A stretch of 64,000 nucleotides of DNA, taken from Escherichia coli 042 (GTDB lineage: Bacteria; Pseudomonadota; Gammaproteobacteria; Enterobacterales; Enterobacteriaceae). Position 1 is the stretch's first letter, and every line of letters starts with the position of its first letter. The stretch lies in the NCBI RefSeq assembly GCF_000027125.1, contig NC_017626.1. One strand, 5' to 3'. This document shows positions 47,740 to 61,344 of this stretch, in pieces. The notes under the pieces were generated by a model that saw only the letters and a program-made list of their open reading frames with translations, was not told the origin of the DNA and did not search any database. A program made the translations under genes and the position numbers.

Positions 47740-50314
47740 CGTCCACCTCCGGAGAACAGACCACCATCGCGCATCTGTGCCTGAATTTCATCACGGGCAC
47801 CCTTGCGGGCCATGTCATACACTGCCTTCATCATCTGTGGACCTGGCAGACCATTCGTACCGTCGTTCTGAATCACCACGTGATTGTTCTGATTAAAATT
47901 AATGCCTTCAGCCCGCCGCATCTGCGCCGGACTTCCGGCACCGCCCACATAACCACCTTCCGCATAGCCCCGCATCAGGCGGTACAGGTTGCCGACACCA
48001 ATTCGGCTGGTTGCCTCCTTCGTGAAGACAAATTCACCACGGTGAACAATCCCCGCTGGCTCATATTTGCCGCCGGTTCCCGTAAATCCTCCGGTTGCAA
48101 AATGGAATTTCGCCGCAGCTGCCTGAATGGCTGTACCGCCTGATGCGGATGCGCCGCCACCAACAGCCCCGCCAATGGCGCTACCGATACTCCCGACAAT
48201 CCCCACCATTGCCTGCTTAAGCAGAATTTCTGTCATCATGGACAGCACGGAACGGGTGAAGCTGCGCCAGTTCTGCTCACTGCCGGTCAGCATCGCCGCC
48301 ATATTCTGCGCAATACCATCAAAGGTCTGCGTGGCTGCACTTTTAACCTGCGACATACTGTCCGTGGCGCTCTCTTCCCACTCACTCCAGCCGGACCTGA
48401 GGCCTGCCATCCAGCTCCCGCGAAGCTGGTCTTCAGCCGCCCAGGTCTTTTTCTGCTCTGACATGACGTTATTCAGCGCCAGCGAATTATCGCCATACTG
48501 TTCCTTCAGGCGCTGTTCTGTGGCTTCCCGCGCTGCCTGCCGGTCAGTAAGCCCCCGGTTTTTCGCCTCAATGGCTGCCCGTTTTGCCCGTTGTTGCTGT
48601 GCGAACTTATCCGCCTGCTGCGCCAGCGCGTTCAGGCGCTCCTGATACGTAACCTTGTCGCCAAGTGCAGCCAGCTGGCGTTTGTACTCCAGCGTCTCAT
48701 CTTTATGCGCCAGCAGGGATTTCTCCTGTGCGGACAGCTGGCGACGTTGCGCCGCCTCCTCCAGTACCGCGAACTGACTCTCCGCCTTCCACAAATCCCG
48801 GCGCTGCTGGCTGATTTTCTCATTTGCTCCGGCATGCTTCTCCAGCGTCCGGAGTTCAGCCTGAAGCGTCAGCAGGGCAGCATGAGCACTGTCTTCCTGA
48901 CGATCGCCCGCAGACACTTTCACGCCGGACTGTTTCGGCTTTTTCAGCGTCGCTTCATAATCCTTTTTCGCCGCCGCCATCAGCGTGTTGTAATCTGCCT
49001 GCAGGATTTTCCCGTCTTTCAGTGCCTTGTTCAGTTCTTCCTGACGGGCGGTATATTTCTCCAGCGGCGTCTGCAGGCGTTCGTAAGCCTTCTGCGCCTC
49101 TTCGGTATATTTCAGCCGTGATGCCTCAGACTCGGCCCAGTCCTTTGCTGCCATCTCTCTGGCCTTTTCAAGATCGGCCTGCAACGTGGCGGCTGAAAGC
49201 CCAAGTTGCGCATTCGCTCTGTCCTCCCATGCTCCCCGGAGATTGGCAAGAAATGCTGAGGTTTTACCGCGCCGGTGGCTTCGGCTCTGATACCACTGCC
49301 ATTTTTTGTCCGCCTCATCAAAAGCCTTTTCTGCTTTCTCCAGCATTCCCTGGGCAGTGTCCGGGCGACCAATATCCAGCACCGAATCCCACATGGATTT
49401 GAATGCCCGTGCTGTCCTGTCTGCCCAGGTCTCCAGCGTGCCCATGTTCTCTTTCAGGCGGCGGGTCTGGTCATCAAACCCTTTCGTTGCGGCCTCGTTC
49501 GCCGCCTGCAATGCCCCGGCCTCATCTCCGGAACGCTGCAACTGAGCAACATACGCAATCTGCTCCGCCGTCACGTTATGGAACTGACGTGCCATCGCTG
49601 TCAGTCCCGACGTCGGGTCTGTGGTCAGCTTCCCGAAGGCTTCAGCGACCTTGTCCACCTCCACGCCGGATGCAGAGGAGAAACGCGCCACACTCTGGCT
49701 GATCGCCTCAAACTGCTCACCACCACGCACACCGGCATTCACCAGCGCCGTCAGTGACTCGCTGGTCTGGTTAAACGTCAGCCCTGCCGCCTGCCCGGCT
49801 CTGGACAGGGCCAGAATACGATCTGCCGTCAGTCCCGCCTGATTGCCGGAAAGGACCAGCGTTTTGTTGAAATCGGACAGGGTTGAGTTGCCCTGATACC
49901 AGGCATACGCCAGCGCACCGGTCGCCACCGCCAGCGAGGTGGCCCCACCATCGGCAGGGTGATCGCACCGGCAAGCCCCCTGAACATGGGGATCATCCCG
50001 CCGAAGGAGTCCTTAACCTGACCACCCTGTTGCAGCAGGATCAGCCACGGACTTTGCCCGCCTGCAAGCTGCGTGGCCACGTCGGTGAACTGTGCAGGCA
50101 GCATACGCATGGCGGCTTTATACTGCCCGACGGAAATCCCCGCTTTCTGTGCAGCCAGCGCCTGTCGGCTCAGCGACTGTTCAACGACTGCCGCTGTTTT
50201 TTTCGCATCAGTTTCCGTACCGGAAAAATGACGCCTGACTCTGGCCATCTGCTCGTCAAATCTGGCCGCATCCAGACTCAAATCAACGACCAGATCGCCT
50301 ACCGGTTCAGCCAT
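47736..50314 (-). pseudogene. H: Tail tape measure protein H, interrupted by a -1 frameshift in a G-run (plus-strand CCCC 49943-49946)
   Basis: N-terminal 161-aa ORF (49829-50314, MAEPVGDLVVDLSLDAARFDEQ...) and C-terminal 730-aa ORF (47736-49928) lie in different frames and together reconstitute a lambda H-like protein (ends ...RDGGLFSGGGR). Confidence 0.8.
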
Positions 50315-50741
50315 ACCGGACTCCTCCTGCGATCCCTTCTGATACTGTCATCAGCATTACGTCATCCTCCGTCATGTCCGCCACATCCGGGGAAGCGGGG
50401 ATAACTTCATTCCCGTCCGGGCCAAAGCGGACACCTCCGGCAAGCCCTGCCGCTTTCTGCATCAGCACATCATCTTCAGGCTCTTCGTCAGCCTCGCGCC
50501 GGTTCAGCAGACTGAAATCCAGCGGATGCATATCCGGATCGCTGAAAAACAGGCTGAGTACGGTGTACGTCAGCCCGGAAAAGTGCATATCCAGCAGAAC
50601 ATCATGAAAATAATGGGTACTGTAAAAGCGGTGCCAGTCGGCATACTCCGTGGATGACATCCCGGCAAGCATGGCACGCCAGTCGGGTCGCCCCATCTCG
50701 CGCGCCAGTTTCAGGGCAAAACTCAGCTCACCGTCGAACAC
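50307..50741 (-). CDS. T: Tail assembly chaperone T frame, expressed as a G-T fusion by -1 frameshift
   Basis: 144-aa frame overlapping the 3' end of G with a slippery heptamer at the junction. Confidence 0.85.
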   Translation of the reverse strand: MFDGELSFALKLAREMGRPDWRAMLAGMSSTEYADWHRFYSTHYFHDVLLDMHFSGLTYTVLSLFFSDPDMHPLDFSLLNRREADEEPEDDVLMQKAAGLAGGVRFGPDGNEVIPASPDVADMTEDDVMLMTVSEGIAGGVRYG

Positions 50742-51145
50742 TTTCCCGCAGAAACAGGCTCTGCGGGCCCGGCGTCCTCTGTCTGTTCAGGGGCATTATT
50801 CACCACAAACTCATACATACCAGACAGCCGGTACACCACGTTTTCAGCATGAGAAATTGCCTCCGTGGGCCAGGTGGTAAGCACTTCCTGCTCAATCTGT
50901 TTAACGGCTTCATTCATGGACGGCATCTGCGTCTTCTGCGGATGGTTATGCCACAGGGACATCGCCACCAGAAACGCGCCGGTTCTGATGGCGTCTTCCA
51001 CAGTAAACTTCCGGTTGCTGTCTGACTCCGCCTGTTCTGCCTGCCGTTTCATCAGGGCGAGATGCTCAATGCGCTGCAGGGCTGACAGTTCAGAAAGCGT
51101 GACGGTCACACCGTTATGTTCAAATGATTCGGTTTTCAGGAACAT
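50723..51145 (-). CDS. G: Tail assembly chaperone G
   Basis: 140-aa ORF, lambda G-like (MFLKTESFEHNGVTVTLSEL...). Confidence 0.88.
   Translation of the reverse strand: MFLKTESFEHNGVTVTLSELSALQRIEHLALMKRQAEQAESDSNRKFTVEDAIRTGAFLVAMSLWHNHPQKTQMPSMNEAVKQIEQEVLTTWPTEAISHAENVVYRLSGMYEFVVNNAPEQTEDAGPAEPVSAGKCSTVS
50741..50747 (-). promoter_or_regulatory. Programmed -1 ribosomal frameshift site (G GGA AAG) for G-T
   Basis: Minus-strand GGGAAAG located 16 nt upstream of the G stop, at the start of the T frame. Confidence 0.8.
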
Positions 51146-51160
51146 CGCTGACTCTCCGGA

Positions 51161-51901
51161 TTAACTGGCGGTGACGGTAATTTCTGCAACCGCAGCAAAC
51201 TCACCATTACCGGATACAACCGGAATGTTGACCTTGCCTGCAGCAACGCCGTTCACGGTGATGGTCATACCACTGACCGACACGGTGGCTTTTGTTTTAT
51301 CCGCAGACACCGCACGAAAGCTCTTGTCGGTTACGCCCTCCGGCTGGAAGGCCACGGTCAGCGTGGTGCTCTGCCCTTTCACCACCGAGGTGCTGGCAGG
51401 CGTCACGGTCATGCCGGTTGCCGCTGTTACCGTGCTGCGATCTTCTGCCATCGACGGACGTCCCACATTGGTGACTTTCACCGTGCGGGTGATCACTTCC
51501 TTCGCCGTCACCGCCTTACCGATACTGCTCACCCAGCCACGGAACACATCGACCGTGCCGTTCGGGAAGCGGATTTTATAGACACGGGTATCGCCTTCAT
51601 TAAACCACGCCAGCAGCGCCTGCTGCCCCTGCTCTCCGGGCATCCACGCCAGCGTGAAGCTGGTATCTCCGGCGGATTTCTGCCCCTGCCCGGTCGCAGT
51701 CCAGTCTGCATCTTCATCATCGAGATAGCTGTCGTCATAGGACTCAGCGGTCAGTTCGCCGGGCGTCAGGTCTTTAACTTTTGCCAGACGCGACCAGTCA
51801 ACGTCTGAAAGCGGATTCGCATAAGGGTCACCGCTCCCCTTATAAACCCACAGGGTGGTCCCGGCACCTTTCACCGGCATTGTAGGATTTGGTACAGGCA
51901 T
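51161..51901 (-). CDS. V: Major tail tube protein V
   Basis: 246 aa from [22 protein letters not shown]...; C-terminal Ig-like domain. Confidence 0.9.
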   Translation of the reverse strand: MPVPNPTMPVKGAGTTLWVYKGSGDPYANPLSDVDWSRLAKVKDLTPGELTAESYDDSYLDDEDADWTATGQGQKSAGDTSFTLAWMPGEQGQQALLAWFNEGDTRVYKIRFPNGTVDVFRGWVSSIGKAVTAKEVITRTVKVTNVGRPSMAEDRSTVTAATGMTVTPASTSVVKGQSTTLTVAFQPEGVTDKSFRAVSADKTKATVSVSGMTITVNGVAAGKVNIPVVSGNGEFAAVAEITVTAS

Positions 51902-51908
51902 AGCGTCC

Positions 51909-52304
51909 TCACATTTCATAGGTAATGACATAAGTCAGATCGGCTGAACTCCACAGGCCCGCATCATCGTCGCGCCGGTAGTCATAGCCGCTGGCCACCA
52001 TACTGGTGATCAAATCTGACAGTGCCGGGATATCGCTCATCACCGGATAAATCCGGGACTCCATCCACGCATCCAGCTCTGAATCCGGCACCTGAGCAGG
52101 CAGGAAAACTTCGATATGCAGCTCCGCCTGCCAGGTATCGCTGTCCAGCTCTTCGCCCGTGTATTCAGCGCCGGTGAGATAAACGGCAACTGCCGGAAAA
52201 TCCGCCTCATCAAAAACAGCGGGGCGACCATCAAAAAACGTCGCCCCGGTGTCATGCTTCTCCAGTGCATCCAGTACGGCTGCACGGAGTTCAGTATGTT
52301 TCAT
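51909..52304 (-). CDS. U: Tail terminator protein U
   Basis: 131-aa ORF in lambda order. Confidence 0.88.
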   Translation of the reverse strand: MKHTELRAAVLDALEKHDTGATFFDGRPAVFDEADFPAVAVYLTGAEYTGEELDSDTWQAELHIEVFLPAQVPDSELDAWMESRIYPVMSDIPALSDLITSMVASGYDYRRDDDAGLWSSADLTYVITYEM

Positions 52305-52879
52305 CGCTTTATTACCATCCTCAGTTGATGCTGCAGCGCATAGCCCAGCTCTTTCGGAAGACGTTCACGCCGTATCCGCTCAATATTTTGTTTAAACGCC
52401 GTGGTCAGCGGCACCGCCATCGGGATTTTCACCACATCAATGGGGTAACGGTTTTTCCCGGCCACACGCTGCATGACATGCCACCGGCCATTTTTCAGTT
52501 GCTGAATAAACGCGCCGGGAATACGACGGTTACCCACCACAAGCACGCTGCCGCCACCTTTCAGGGCTGAACGTTGCCCCTTTTTACGACGCCTGCGGCG
52601 CGAAAGGACAACCCGCGCATTACCCAGCTTGATTACGGGCAAATCCCCCCGGTTAACTTTGATTCTGGCCTGCGGATTTTTGACCGTGGCCCTTTTCAGC
52701 CTGGCCCTTTCCTTTACCAGTTTCCGGCGTACCTTTGTCTCACGGGCAACCTGTGACGCCGACTGCGATATCGCGGATGAAGCAACGCGGTTAATGGCCA
52801 TTGCGGCGGCACCAGGCACCGCCGTTTTGCTGATACGGCTGAGGTTTTCAACGGCCTGCTCAAGACCTTTTATGGCCAT
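52301..52879 (-). CDS. Z: Tail completion protein Z
   Basis: 192-aa ORF in lambda order. Confidence 0.85.
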   Translation of the reverse strand: MAIKGLEQAVENLSRISKTAVPGAAAMAINRVASSAISQSASQVARETKVRRKLVKERARLKRATVKNPQARIKVNRGDLPVIKLGNARVVLSRRRRRKKGQRSALKGGGSVLVVGNRRIPGAFIQQLKNGRWHVMQRVAGKNRYPIDVVKIPMAVPLTTAFKQNIERIRRERLPKELGYALQHQLRMVIKR

Positions 52880-52890
52880 ACATCCCCCTT

Positions 52891-53244
52891 TCAGCGGCGA
52901 CGGTTAACGGCAGGCGGTACGCCCCGTCCAAGCCAGAGATGACAACTTCCGCCATCATCCGGCGAAACCCGATCTACCCAGAAATTTTCCTCACCGATGG
53001 TCAGCGTGTCTCCACGCCGCAGCTGCCGCACCTCATCAGTCCGGACAAACAGGGACGGGCTGGAGCCTTCAACGCGCACGCCCTGTCCGGCATAGCTGAT
53101 ATTTTCAGGGTCATCAAAAACACCACGTATCACCGCACCTGACTGCTCACCGGATGTCATGGTGGCTGACGTTCCCATGTACCCGCGTATCGTTTCATCG
53201 GCGCGGGCAATGGCAGCATCGAACAGGTTATCGAAATCAGCCAC
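52891..53244 (-). CDS. FII: Head-tail connector protein FII
   Basis: 117-aa ORF in lambda order. Confidence 0.85.
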   Translation of the reverse strand: MADFDNLFDAAIARADETIRGYMGTSATMTSGEQSGAVIRGVFDDPENISYAGQGVRVEGSSPSLFVRTDEVRQLRRGDTLTIGEENFWVDRVSPDDGGSCHLWLGRGVPPAVNRRR

Positions 53245-53255
53245 AGCGCCTCCCG

Positions 53256-53654
53256 TTATTGCATTCTGGCCAGGCCGCGCTCTGTCATTTCGGCTGCCAC
53301 ACCGGCAGAGACACGAAACGCCGTTCCCGGCAGCACAAATGCCACAGGTTCATCCCGCGTGACGTGAAGTGCATCAGTATGCAGCTTCACCAGTGCCACG
53401 ACCGTGACCAGTTCAGACGTATCCAGAATCACGGTATCCGGCTGCGCTGATCCCACCTCATTTTCATGTCCGGTCAGCACATTTTCCCGGCTGAGAGGGG
53501 TGTCCTGACCGGCAGTTTCATCCGTGTCATCAAGCTCCTCTTCCAGCTCTGCCACACGGAGCGCCAGTTCTTCTTTCGTCCCCGTCAGGCTGACATCACG
53601 GTTCAGTTGTTCACCCAGCGAGCGGAGACGGGCAATCAGTTCATCTTTCGTCAT
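53256..53654 (-). CDS. FI: DNA packaging protein FI
   Basis: 132 aa from MTKDELIARLRSLGEQ... Confidence 0.85.
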   Translation of the reverse strand: MTKDELIARLRSLGEQLNRDVSLTGTKEELALRVAELEEELDDTDETAGQDTPLSRENVLTGHENEVGSAQPDTVILDTSELVTVVALVKLHTDALHVTRDEPVAFVLPGTAFRVSAGVAAEMTERGLARMQ

Positions 53655-53695
53655 GGACTCCTCCACAGAGAAACAATGGCCCCGAAGGGCCATGA

Positions 53696-54721
53696 TTACG
53701 CCAGTTGTACGGACACGAACTCATCAGGGTCAGCCAGCAGCATCAGCGGTGCTGACTGAATCATGGTGAACTCACGCGCCGGATCGCCGGTGGTCACCCA
53801 GTTTTTCGGGTAACGGGCAGAGGCGTTAATGCCTTCGCGCTGTGCGTCCGCATCCTGAATGCAGCCATAGGTGCGCAGACCGCGTGCCTGAGTGTTACCC
53901 AGCACCATCGTGTTGTCCGGCAGGAAGTTCTTTTTGACGCCGTTTTCCACGTACTGTCCGGAATACACGACGATGGCCACATCGCCATACATTCCCTTAT
54001 AAGACACCGCTTTGCCCAGGTCTTTTACCGCTGTCTCCAGCTCGGAATGAGAGCCGCGACGGGTATCCAGCTTCTCCTTGACGGCTTTGAAGGAACGGAA
54101 CAGCGCCCAGCCTTTCGGATCGAACACGATGATATTCACCACACCGCTGGCATTCAGCGCGTAGGCTTCGATATCGTCGGTCGGGTCATACGTGGACTTG
54201 TCGCGCTTGCTCCACTCCGTGCCGCCGGACTGCGTGATGTTATTCTCCTCACTGCGGCCCATATCCACCTCAACCGGATCGAAGGCTTCACCGGTCATGG
54301 TGTATTTGCCCTTAAGCACGGCAGAAACTGCCTGCATCTCTTCGACCTGAGCAATGGCCAGCTCTTCGTCACGCATGTTCTGCATGATGATGCGACGGCG
54401 GCGGTAAGCCGGGTCCGCCAGATTCTGCGGATCTTCATCCGGCAGGCGACGCAGGGTCATCTGCGGATTCACTTCATGCTTCGGCTTGACATATCCCGGC
54501 GTAAATTCAGAGGTGGAGCCGCCACGGGAACGGATAACCTCACCGGAAACAATCGGCGAAACGTACAGCGCCATGTTTACCAGTCCCGGAATTTGTGAGA
54601 GATAGACTTTCTCCGTGGTGAAGGGATAGCTCTCACGGAAAAAGAGACGCAGAAACAGCGGATCAAACTTAAATTTCTGCTCATTTGCCGCCAGCAGTTG
54701 GGCGGTTGTGTACATCGACAT
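53696..54721 (-). CDS. E: Major capsid protein E (HK97 fold)
   Basis: 341 aa from MSMYTTAQLLAANEQKFKFDP... Confidence 0.92.
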   Translation of the reverse strand: MSMYTTAQLLAANEQKFKFDPLFLRLFFRESYPFTTEKVYLSQIPGLVNMALYVSPIVSGEVIRSRGGSTSEFTPGYVKPKHEVNPQMTLRRLPDEDPQNLADPAYRRRRIIMQNMRDEELAIAQVEEMQAVSAVLKGKYTMTGEAFDPVEVDMGRSEENNITQSGGTEWSKRDKSTYDPTDDIEAYALNASGVVNIIVFDPKGWALFRSFKAVKEKLDTRRGSHSELETAVKDLGKAVSYKGMYGDVAIVVYSGQYVENGVKKNFLPDNTMVLGNTQARGLRTYGCIQDADAQREGINASARYPKNWVTTGDPAREFTMIQSAPLMLLADPDEFVSVQLA

Positions 54722-54776
54722 AAAAAAATCCCGTAAAAAAAGCCGCACAGGCGGCCTTTAGTGATGAAGGGTAAAG

Positions 54777-55109
54777 TTAAACGATGCTGATTGCCGTTCC
54801 GGCAAACGCGGTCCGTTTTTTCGTCTCGTCGCTGGCAGCCTCCGGCCAGAGCACATCCTCATAACGGAACGTGCCGGACTTGTAGAACGTCAGCGTGGTG
54901 CTGGTCTGGTCAGCAGCAACCGCAAGAATGCCAACGGCAGCACCGTCGGTGGTGCCATCCCACGCAACCAGCTTACGGCTGGAGGTGTCCAGCATCAGCG
55001 GGGTCATTGCAGGCGCTTTCGCACTCAATCCGCCGGGCGCGGTTGCGGTATGAGCCGGGTCACTGTTGCCCAGCGGCTGGTAATGGGTAAAGGTTTCTTT
55101 GCTCGTCAT
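54777..55109 (-). CDS. D: Head decoration protein D
   Basis: 110 aa from [12 protein letters not shown]... Confidence 0.9.
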   Translation of the reverse strand: MTSKETFTHYQPLGNSDPAHTATAPGGLSAKAPAMTPLMLDTSSRKLVAWDGTTDGAAVGILAVAADQTSTTLTFYKSGTFRYEDVLWPEAASDETKKRTAFAGTAISIV

Positions 55110-55118
55110 AAACATCCC

Positions 55119-56418
55119 TTACACTGGTGTGTTCAGCAAATCGTTAACGGCATCAGATGCCGGGTTACCTGCAGCCAGCGGTGCCGGTGCCCCCTGCATC
55201 AGACGATCCAGCGCAGTGTCACTGCGCGCCTGTGCACTCTGTGGTGCTGCGGCCAGAATGCGGCGGGCCGTTTCCACGGTCATACCGGGGGTTTCTGCCA
55301 GCACGCGTGCCTGTTCTTCGCGTCCGTGAGCCTCCTCACAGTTGAGGATCCCCATAATGCGGCTGTTTTCTGCCGCAACCGCTGCGGTGATCTGCGCGTT
55401 CACGTCCGGCTGCGCAGCGCTGGCGTTCTCGCCCTCCGTCGCTTGCACCACGCCAGTAACGTCAGCCTGCGAAGCAGTGGCTGAAACAGTTGTTGATTGA
55501 GTCTCTTTGGTCATTCGCCCTCCTGAGAGACGGGATTTACGTGCATCCAGTGCATCACGCATGACGGTGATCGCATCGGTACTGTTAACAAGTTCATCAG
55601 CCAGTCCGGCATCAATGGCCTCCTGACCGCTGTACACTGCAGCCTCGGTATCCAGCACAGCCTGCACGGACAGGCCGGTATATGCCGACACCTTCTGTGC
55701 AAACATCCGGCGGGTTGCATCCATCCGGGACTGCAGTGTTTCCCGGACATCATCCGGTAGATGGCTGTAGGGGTTGCCATCCACCTTATGGCTGCCGCTG
55801 TAAATCAGCGTGATTTCCACGCCCTGTTTCTCCAGCGCAGCACCGTAATTACTGTGAGCCATCATGACGCCGATGGAGCCTGTCCGGGCGGTCTGCGTGA
55901 CCAGACGTCGGGAGGCGGCGCTGGCAAGCAACTGACCTGCACTGCAGTTCATGTCGTTGGCCAGCGCCCATACCGGCTTTATGTCACGCACACGGGCGAT
56001 GATGTCAGCGCAGTCAAATGCCCCTGCCACCATCCCGCCTGGCGTATCCATATCGAGCAGAATGCCGTCCACCATCGGGTCGCTGGCAGCCTGTTGCAGA
56101 CGGGCGATAATGCCGTTGTAACCGGTCATCCCCGAATACGGCTGCAGCGCTCGCGTCCGACTGACCAGCGTGCCGGACACCGGCAGCACGGCGATGCCGT
56201 TCATGACCTGATAACTGCGGGCCTGTCGTGGTCCGTCATCATCAACGGATAACGCCAGCGCCGCGGGTGCCTCTCCGGCAGTCAGGCTGTCGCCGGATAC
56301 CGCATCCGTCAGGCGGCTGATCCCAAGCTGGCCTGCAAGCGCACAAAAGAAAACCCGCGCATAGGCGGGTTCAAGCATCAGCGGCTCATTAAAGGCCATA
56401 CTGGCAATATGCGGGAGA

Positions 56419-56438
<20 letters not shown>
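55119..56438 (-). CDS. C: Prohead protease/scaffold C (with embedded Nu3 scaffold frame)
   Basis: S49 peptidase-like; 439 aa if started at the GTG before TAELRNLPHIASM; overlaps the 3' end of B. Confidence 0.85.
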
Positions 56439-58219
<1,781 letters not shown>

Positions 58220-58223
<4 letters not shown>

Positions 58224-60145
58224 TCATCCTCTCCGGATAAGGCACGGGCGTAATCTGCCAGTGTTTTCTTGTTGGTTGCTGCACCATCCTCTTCCTGCAG
58301 GCTCGCCAGCAGTGCACTGAGATCCAGCTGCCAGCGGGAAATACTGATGCGCAGCGCCGCCAGCGCATAAACGAAGCAGTCGAGCGCCTCATTGCGTCGC
58401 TTTTTGCTGTCCCACAGTATTTTTTTCCTGCCATCCACCCATTTTTCGACCTGCTCTTCAGCAGTCAGCTGCTGCGCTTCGGTCAGATCAAAAATATCCG
58501 GGTTATTCGGGAAGTGAACGGCACCGGGAAGCGGTTCATCCCCTTCCGGCGTCAGTGTGAAGCGGTTATAAATCTGCTCTTTCGCGGTATCCGTACCGAT
58601 TTCGGTAAGGTAAACCCCGTTTTTGTTTCGCTTACGAGGCATGCTGGCCACCGGCTTACCGTAGACGGATGCCCCTTTAATGGGGATCACCCGGAACAGC
58701 CCATGCTTTTTCGAGCGTTCATACACAATGGTCGGGTCAATCCCGCCAATATCCCAGCAGATACGGGATATCGACATTTCTGCACCATTCCGGCGGGTAT
58801 AGGTTTTATTGATGGCCTCATCCACACGCAGCAGCGTCTGTTCATCGTCGTGGCGGCCCATAATAATCTGCCGATCAATCAGCCAGCTTTCCTCACCCGG
58901 CCCCCATCCCCATACGCGCATTTCGTAGCGATCCAGCTGGGAGTCGATACCGGCGGTCAGGTAAGCCACACGGTCAGGAACGGGCGCTGAATAATGCTCT
59001 TTCCGCTCTGCCATCACTTCAGCATCCGGACGTTCGCCAATTTTCGCCTCCCACGTCTCACCGAGCGTGGTGTTTACGAAGGTTTTACGTTTTCCCGTAT
59101 CCCCTTTCGTTTTCATCCAGTCTTTGACAATCTGCACCCAGGTGGTGAACGGGCTGTACGCTGTCCAGATGTGAAAGGTCACACTGTCAGGTGGCTCAAT
59201 CTCTTCACCGGATGACGAAAACCAGAGAATGCCATCACGGGTCCAGATCCCGGTCTTTTCGCAGATATAACGGGCATCAGTAAAGTCCAGCTCCTGCTGG
59301 CGGATGACGCAGGCATTATGCTCGCAGAGATAAAACACGCTGGAGGGGTCATCCGGCGTCCATTTGAGGCCAAACGGCGTCTCTTTGTCGCCAAATTTAA
59401 GATACTGCTCCTCCCCGCAGTGCGGGCAGACAACATGAAAACGCATAAAATGCGGGGATTCACTGGCTGCACGCTCAATCTGGCAGGTGCCTCTCACTTT
59501 GGGCGTGGAGCCACGGATGGACTTTGGCCAGACCGAGCCTTCAATACGTTTGTCGCCAAGGAACGTCGGAGAGCCTTCCTGTTCAATATCCTCATCAAAG
59601 GCAGCAAGTTCATCATAACCCGCCACATCCACCGACTTTTCACGGTAGTTTTTTGCCGCTTTACCGCCCAGGCACCAGAAGCCACGACCATTGGTAAAAC
59701 GCTTCATGGTGAGCGTGTTATCCCGGTGCTTTTTGCCATACCACGGTGCCAGCGCCAGCAGCGACGGAATATCACGGATAGTCGGCTCAACGTGGGTTTT
59801 CATAAAGTTCTCGGCATCACCATCCGTCGGCAACCAGATAAGGGTGTTGCGCTGCTTATGCTCTATGAAGTAGGCATAAACACCCAACAGCATTTTGGAA
59901 TAACCGACACGGGCAGACTTCACCACATTCACCTCACGGATGTAGTCGCTGCCCATCGCATTCATGATGGCCCGCTGAAAGGGCAGTGTTTCCCAGCGCC
60001 CTTCCTGGTATGCGGATTCTTTCGGGAGATAGTAATTGGCATCCGCCCATTCAACGGCGGTCTGTGGCTCCGGCCTGAACAGTGAGCGAAGCCCGGCGCG
60101 GACAAAATGCCGCAGCCTGTTAACCTGACTGTTCGATATATTCAC
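58220..60145 (-). CDS. A: Terminase large subunit A
   Basis: 641-aa ORF with Walker A ATPase and nuclease domains; overlaps Nu1. Confidence 0.92.
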
Positions 60146-60665
60146 TCAGCAACCCCGGTATCAGTTCATCCAGCGCGGCTGCTTTGTTCATGGCTTTGAT
60201 GATATCCCGTTTCAGGAAATCAACATGTCGGTTTTCCAGTTCCGGAAAACGCCGCTGCACCGACAGGGGGATCCCGTCGAGAATACTGGCAATTTCACCT
60301 GCGATCCGCGACAGCACGAAAGTACAGAATGCGGTTTCCACCACTTCAGCGGAGTCTCTGGCATTTTTCAGCTCCTGTGCGTCGGCCTGCGCACGCGTAA
60401 GTCGATGGCGTTCGTACTCAATAGTTCCTGGCTGGAGATCTGCCTCGCTGGCCTGCCGCAGTTCTTCAACCTCCCGGCGCAGCTTTTCGTTCTCAATTTC
60501 AGCATCCCTTTCGGCATACCATTTTATGACGGCGGCAGAGTCATAAAGCACCTCATTACCCTTGCCACCGCCTCGCAGAACGGGCATTCCCTGTTCCTGC
60601 CAGTTCTGAATGGTACGGATACTCGCACCGAAAATGTCAGCCAGCTGCTTTTTGTTGACTTCCAT
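60120..60665 (-). CDS. nu1: Terminase small subunit Nu1
   Basis: 181-aa ORF (MEVNKKQLADIFGASIRTIQNWQEQGMP...) with N-terminal winged HTH. Confidence 0.92.
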   Translation of the reverse strand: MEVNKKQLADIFGASIRTIQNWQEQGMPVLRGGGKGNEVLYDSAAVIKWYAERDAEIENEKLRREVEELRQASEADLQPGTIEYERHRLTRAQADAQELKNARDSAEVVETAFCTFVLSRIAGEIASILDGIPLSVQRRFPELENRHVDFLKRDIIKAMNKAAALDELIPGLLSEYIEQSG

Positions 60666-60842
60666 TGTTCATTCCACGGACAAAAACAGAGAAAGGAAAC
60701 GACAGAGGCCAAAAAGCTCGCTTTCAGCACCTGTCGTTTCCTTTCTTTTCAGAGGGTATTTTAAATAAAAACATTAAGTTATGACGAAGAAGAACGGAAA
60801 CGCCTTAAACCGGAAAATTTTCATAAATAGCGAAAACCCGCG

Positions 60843-60854
60843 AGGTCGCCGCCC
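60843..60854. other. cos cohesive-end site (cosN 12-nt GGGCGGCGACCT on the minus strand)
   Basis: Plus strand aggtcgccgccc lies about 180 bp upstream of the Nu1 start, with a cosB-like region between them; this matches lambda cos. Confidence 0.8.
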
Positions 60855-61053
60855 CGTAACCTGTCGGATCACCGGAAAGGACCCGTAAAGTGATAATGAT
60901 TATCATCTACATATCACAACGTGCGTGGAGGCCATCAAACCACGTCAAATAATCAATTATGACGCAGGTATCGTATTAATTGATCTGCATCAACTTAACG
61001 TAAAAACAACTTCAGACAATACAAATCAGCGACACTGAATACGGGGCAACCTC

Positions 61054-61287
61054 ATGTCAACGAAGAACAGAACCCGCAGAACAACAACCCGCAACATCCG
61101 CTTTCCTAACCAAATGATTGAACAAATTAACATCGCTCTTGAGCAAAAAGGGTCCGGGAATTTCTCAGCCTGGGTCATTGAAGCCTGCCGCCGGAGACTG
61201 TGCTCAGAAAAAAGAGTTTCTTCTGAAGCAAACAAAGAAAAGAGTGACATTACTGAATTGCTCAGAAAACAGGTCAGACCAGATTGA
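61054..61287 (+). CDS. ynfO: Small ribbon-helix-helix-like DNA-binding protein
   Basis: 77-aa ORF; basic N-terminal tail then RHH-like pattern (RNIRFPNQMIEQINIALEQKGSGNFSAWVIEACRRRL). Confidence 0.7.
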   Translation: MSTKNRTRRTTTRNIRFPNQMIEQINIALEQKGSGNFSAWVIEACRRRLCSEKRVSSEANKEKSDITELLRKQVRPD

Positions 61288-61344
61288 AGCAATTTAGATA
61301 ATCGTGCAGACTACGCCCCCTCATATCACATGGAAGGTTTATCT

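Noticed and set aside
47880-49757. Multiple 60-190-aa plus-strand ORFs across the tape measure gene
   Set aside because: Antisense or out-of-frame readings of the GC-rich H gene; the only real discontinuity there is the single-base frameshift reported separately.
60666-61053. Possibility of an additional gene or attachment site between Nu1 and ynfO
   Set aside because: The interval contains the lambda-type cosN/cosB region (aggtcgccgccc and flanking A/T-rich elements) and no credible ORF; it is fully explained by packaging signals.
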